DNA of 64,000 nucleotides from Anolis carolinensis (Eukaryota), in assembly GCF_035594765.1 (NCBI RefSeq), contig NC_085842.1:23040782-23104781 (forward strand), written 5' to 3'. This document shows positions 61,037 to 64,000 of this stretch, piece after piece. Position 1 is the stretch's first letter. Every line of letters starts with the position of its first letter. A program made the position numbers and the translations under genes. A model generated the notes under the pieces. The model saw only the letters and a program-made list of their open reading frames with translations. It had not been told where the DNA came from and ran no database searches.

Positions 61037-62600
61037 AATAAAAGTAGATTAAAGTAGAATAGCCTTGGTTTAGTAATCCTGGCTCCTAGGGAGCATTTAG
61101 GCATGATTTTTCTCCATTTATTTCCCTTTTTACTCAGCCTTAACTATGCAAGATACAGCAGAGCCAAACACAACAAAACAAACAACCTTCTCCCTTTCTC
61201 TCAGGGTACATTGACACTGGAAAATGAATACAGTTTCCTCTCTCAAACTACTGAGCGCTATGTTATGCAGCACAGGTTAAGAGGAAATGGCTTTAAATTG
61301 AAGGTCTTCTTTGAGATTGTACAAAGTCTGGTTTCTGGCTTCTCATAGTTATGATTAAAAAAGTAGATTTTTTTAAGTTCTGCAGAAAATGCAGAGAGTC
61401 AAAAGAACCTGAAAAATGACTTTTTATGGTGCTTTGCTTCAAGCTTACTTTAGTGGCACACATTATGCCTCCCCAGATAAAGAATCCGTCTCCTACCCCA
61501 ATATGAAATATGTGGGACTTCAATATTGGCATAAAACCAGATTATTAGTCTGCCTTCAAATTCTTTCTGACTTACGGCAAACCAAGACGATCCTATAATA
61601 GGTTTTTCTGGGGTTGAGAGTATGTGACTGGCACTAGGTTATCCTGTGGGTTTCCATGACTGAGAGGGAATCGAACCCTGGTCTCCAGAGTCATCATCCC
61701 ACCAACTCATGCTCAAGTGTTGCTTGTAAGAAGTAGAGTAGCATAATGTAGAATCAATCTAGATTTGTGGGAGCGAGGGAATATTTCTGTGTTGTTTTTT
61801 AGAATCAGATGGAAACTGGTCTTCTATCAGTTTACACTTTTATTCATTAATTCATTCATTCTCTCTTCACCCCTCATTTGTTTCCACCACCAACAGCACA
61901 TGTGACTCTGGATCCAGACACAGCCCATCCTGTGCTCATCCTCTCTGAAGATCTCAGACATGTGATCGATGGAGAGAAAAGGCAAAATCTTCCTGACAAT
62001 CCTGAGAGATTCTGTGACTATGCTTATGTGCTGGGACAGAATGGATTCACAGAAGGCAGGCATTTCTGGGAAGTCCTTGTGAAGAATGGGGAAGGATGGT
62101 CTGTGGGAATTGCAAGAAAGTCTGTGGAGAGAAAGGACCCAGACTTTGGCCCTAACGCTGGGTTCTGGGAAGTGGGAAAGTGGGAGAGTGCATACAGGTT
62201 CTCCTCCGACAACAATGAGTGCCCATCTCTGACTCTGAGCGAGGAGCCCAAGAGGATCCGCGTGACACTGAACTATGAAGGAGGTCGGGTGGCCTTTTAC
62301 AATGCAGACTCAGCAGACCTGATCTTGGAATACCCTCCAGCTTCTTTCTCAGGAGAGACCCTCCTCCCATGCTTTTATGTGACTGAAAAAGCCCAACTGG
62401 GGCTCTCCCCATAAGGATGGAGAGCAATGCCCAAAGACACACCATCCGAGACACAAGAGGAGCTTTATCTCCAGAGATCTGGAACAGTTGACTCTTGTTG
62501 CTCTTTTTCTGGAACCTCTCTGCTCTATTTGTGAAAACCTGGCTGGAGTCTGGAGTGTGGATGAGGAAGCTATTCCTCATGGCAATGCTCAACTCATAGA

Positions 62601-64000
62601 CAGGGCCGGCCGGAGATATTTTTTGATGTAAAGCGGGGGCGCTGAAAAGCGCCCCCGCCACCGGCGCCCTGGCCCCGCCCAGCGTGCCCTGGCCCCGCCT
62701 CCCACGCTGCGTGGGAGGCGGGGCCAGCTCTGACGCCGCTCCCCCCCCCCCCGCCCAGCGTGCCTTGGCCCTGCCTCCCACGCAACGTGGGAGGCGGGGC
62801 CAGGGCACGCTGGGCGGGGGGGCGGCGTCAGAGCTGGCCCCGCCTCCCACGTTACCCCCGCTCGCCCGTCTGGCCTTGTGTAGCAGGCCAGACGGGCGAG
62901 CGGGGGTAACGTGGGAGGCGGGGCCAGCTCTGACGCCGCTCCCCCCCCCCCCCGCCCAGCGTGCCTTGGCCCTGCCTCCCACGCAACGTGGGAGGCGGGG
63001 CCAGGGCACGCTGGGCGGGGGGGGCGGCGTCAGAGCTGGCCCCGCCTCCCACGTTACCCCCGCTCGCCCGTCTGGCCTTGTGTAGCAGGCCAGACGGGCG
63101 AGCGGGGGTAACGTGGGAGGCGGGGCCAGCTCTGACGCCGCTCCCCCCCCCCCCGCCCAGCGTGCCTTGGCCCTGCCTCCCACGCAACGTGGGAGGCGGG
63201 GCCAGGGCACGCTGGGCGGGGGGGGCGGCGTCAGAGCTGGCCCCGCCTCCCACGTTACCCCCGCTCGCCCGTCTGGCCTTGTGTAGCAGGCCAGACGGGC
63301 GAGCGGGGGTAACGTGGGAGGCGGGGCCAGCTCTGACGCCGCTCCCCCCCCCCCCCGCCCAGCGTGCCTTGGCCCTGCCTCCCACGCAACGTGGGAGGCG
63401 GGGCCAGGGCACGCTGGGCGGGGGGGGCGGCGTCAGAGCTGGCCCCGCCTCCCACGTTACCCCCGCTCGCCCGTCTGGCCTTGTGTAGCAGGCCAGACGG
63501 GCGAGCGGGGGTAACGTGGGAGGCGGGGCCAGCTCTGACGCCGCTCCCCCCCCCCCCCGCCCAGCGTGCCTTGGCCCTGCCTCCCACGCAACGTGGGAGG
63601 CGGGGCCAGGGCACGCTGGGCGGGGGGGCGGCGTCAGAGCTGGCCCCGCCTCCCACGTTACCCCCGCTCGCCCGTCTGGCCTTGTGTAGCAGGCCAGACG
63701 GGCGAGCGGGGGTAACGTGGGAGGCGGGGCCAGCTCTGACGCCGCTCCCCCCCCCCCCCGCCCAGCGTGCCTTGGCCCTGCCTCCCACGCAACGTGGGAG
63801 GCGGGGCCAGGGCACGCTGGGCGGGGGGGGCGGCGTCAGAGCTGGCCCCGCCTCCCACGTTACCCCCGCTCGCCCGACTGGCCTTGTGTAGCAGGCCAGA
63901 CGGGCGAGCGGGGGTAACGTGGGAGGCGGGGCCAGCTCTGACGCCGCTCCCCCCCCCCCGCCCAGCGTGCCTTGGCCCTGCCTCCCACGCAACGTGGGAG
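62601..64000. repeat. GC-rich ~200-202-bp palindromic tandem array (at least 6 units), probably internal to a hAT element starting at 62601
   Basis: Homology to the paralogous 3' UTR stops at ...ctcataga|CAGGGCCGGC; unit start gggccagctc recurs at 62721, 62921, 63123 and onward; each unit is two near-perfect hairpins. Confidence 0.9.

Larger units (their letters stand above)
53255..62414 (+). pseudogene. TRIM copy 4 with a nonsense codon at the start of exon 5 (252-aa RBCC-only product if translated)
   Basis: Exons 53255-53659, 55126-55218 (93 nt), 56387-56617, 58115-58137, 59443-59561, 60429-60461, 61897-62414. In-frame TAG at 59447-59449 where paralogs have AAG. The SPRY exon is open. Confidence 0.82.

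Noticed and set aside
62152-63992. Long Pro/Gly/Ala/Arg ORFs on both strands (up to 352 aa)
   Set aside because: Artefact of a GC-rich palindromic tandem repeat; frames shift with homopolymer length.

Overview
Eukaryotic genomic DNA from a squamate reptile, probably an anole-like lizard, judged from Sauria SINE, BovB, Vingi, Penelope and L2/CR1 content. The core of the window is a head-to-tail array of four 7-exon class-IV TRIM genes (RING, B-box2, coiled coil, PRY/SPRY; TRIM27/39/7-like) on the + strand at 18.6-25.9, 28.6-36.4, 37.9-49.6 and 53.3-62.4 kb. Copy 1 is intact (475 aa). Copy 2 has a broken but probably rescuable exon-2 acceptor and a B-box Cys>Ser change. Copies 3 and 4 each carry a single premature TAG but keep open SPRY exons. 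Each copy has a GAS+ISRE-like module just upstream of the ATG, hypervariable SPRY loops and mosaic paralog relationships, as expected of an interferon-inducible antiviral birth-and-death cluster. The left 15 kb is mostly transposons, plus an NRF1/YY1 CpG promoter and probable 5' exons of an unidentified minus-strand gene. The most unusual signal is in six TG...CA solo-LTR-like elements, each with an acidic ORF open from nucleotide 2 of the LTR. Five end in an RRS(A/L/V/K)R(L/I)A-type motif resembling the HMGN nucleosome-binding core. The sixth (44281-44817) carries two tandem helix-acidic-FxGF motifs closely resembling the LEDGF/p75-binding (IBM/TIM) motifs of CDCA7L/JPO2. Together these suggest LTR-encoded chromatin-tethering peptides (inference). 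The window ends in a GC-rich ~201-bp fold-back tandem array inside a probable hAT element that interrupts the 3' UTR of TRIM copy 4. Coordinates were counted by hand and repeat family names come from recognition, not database searches.
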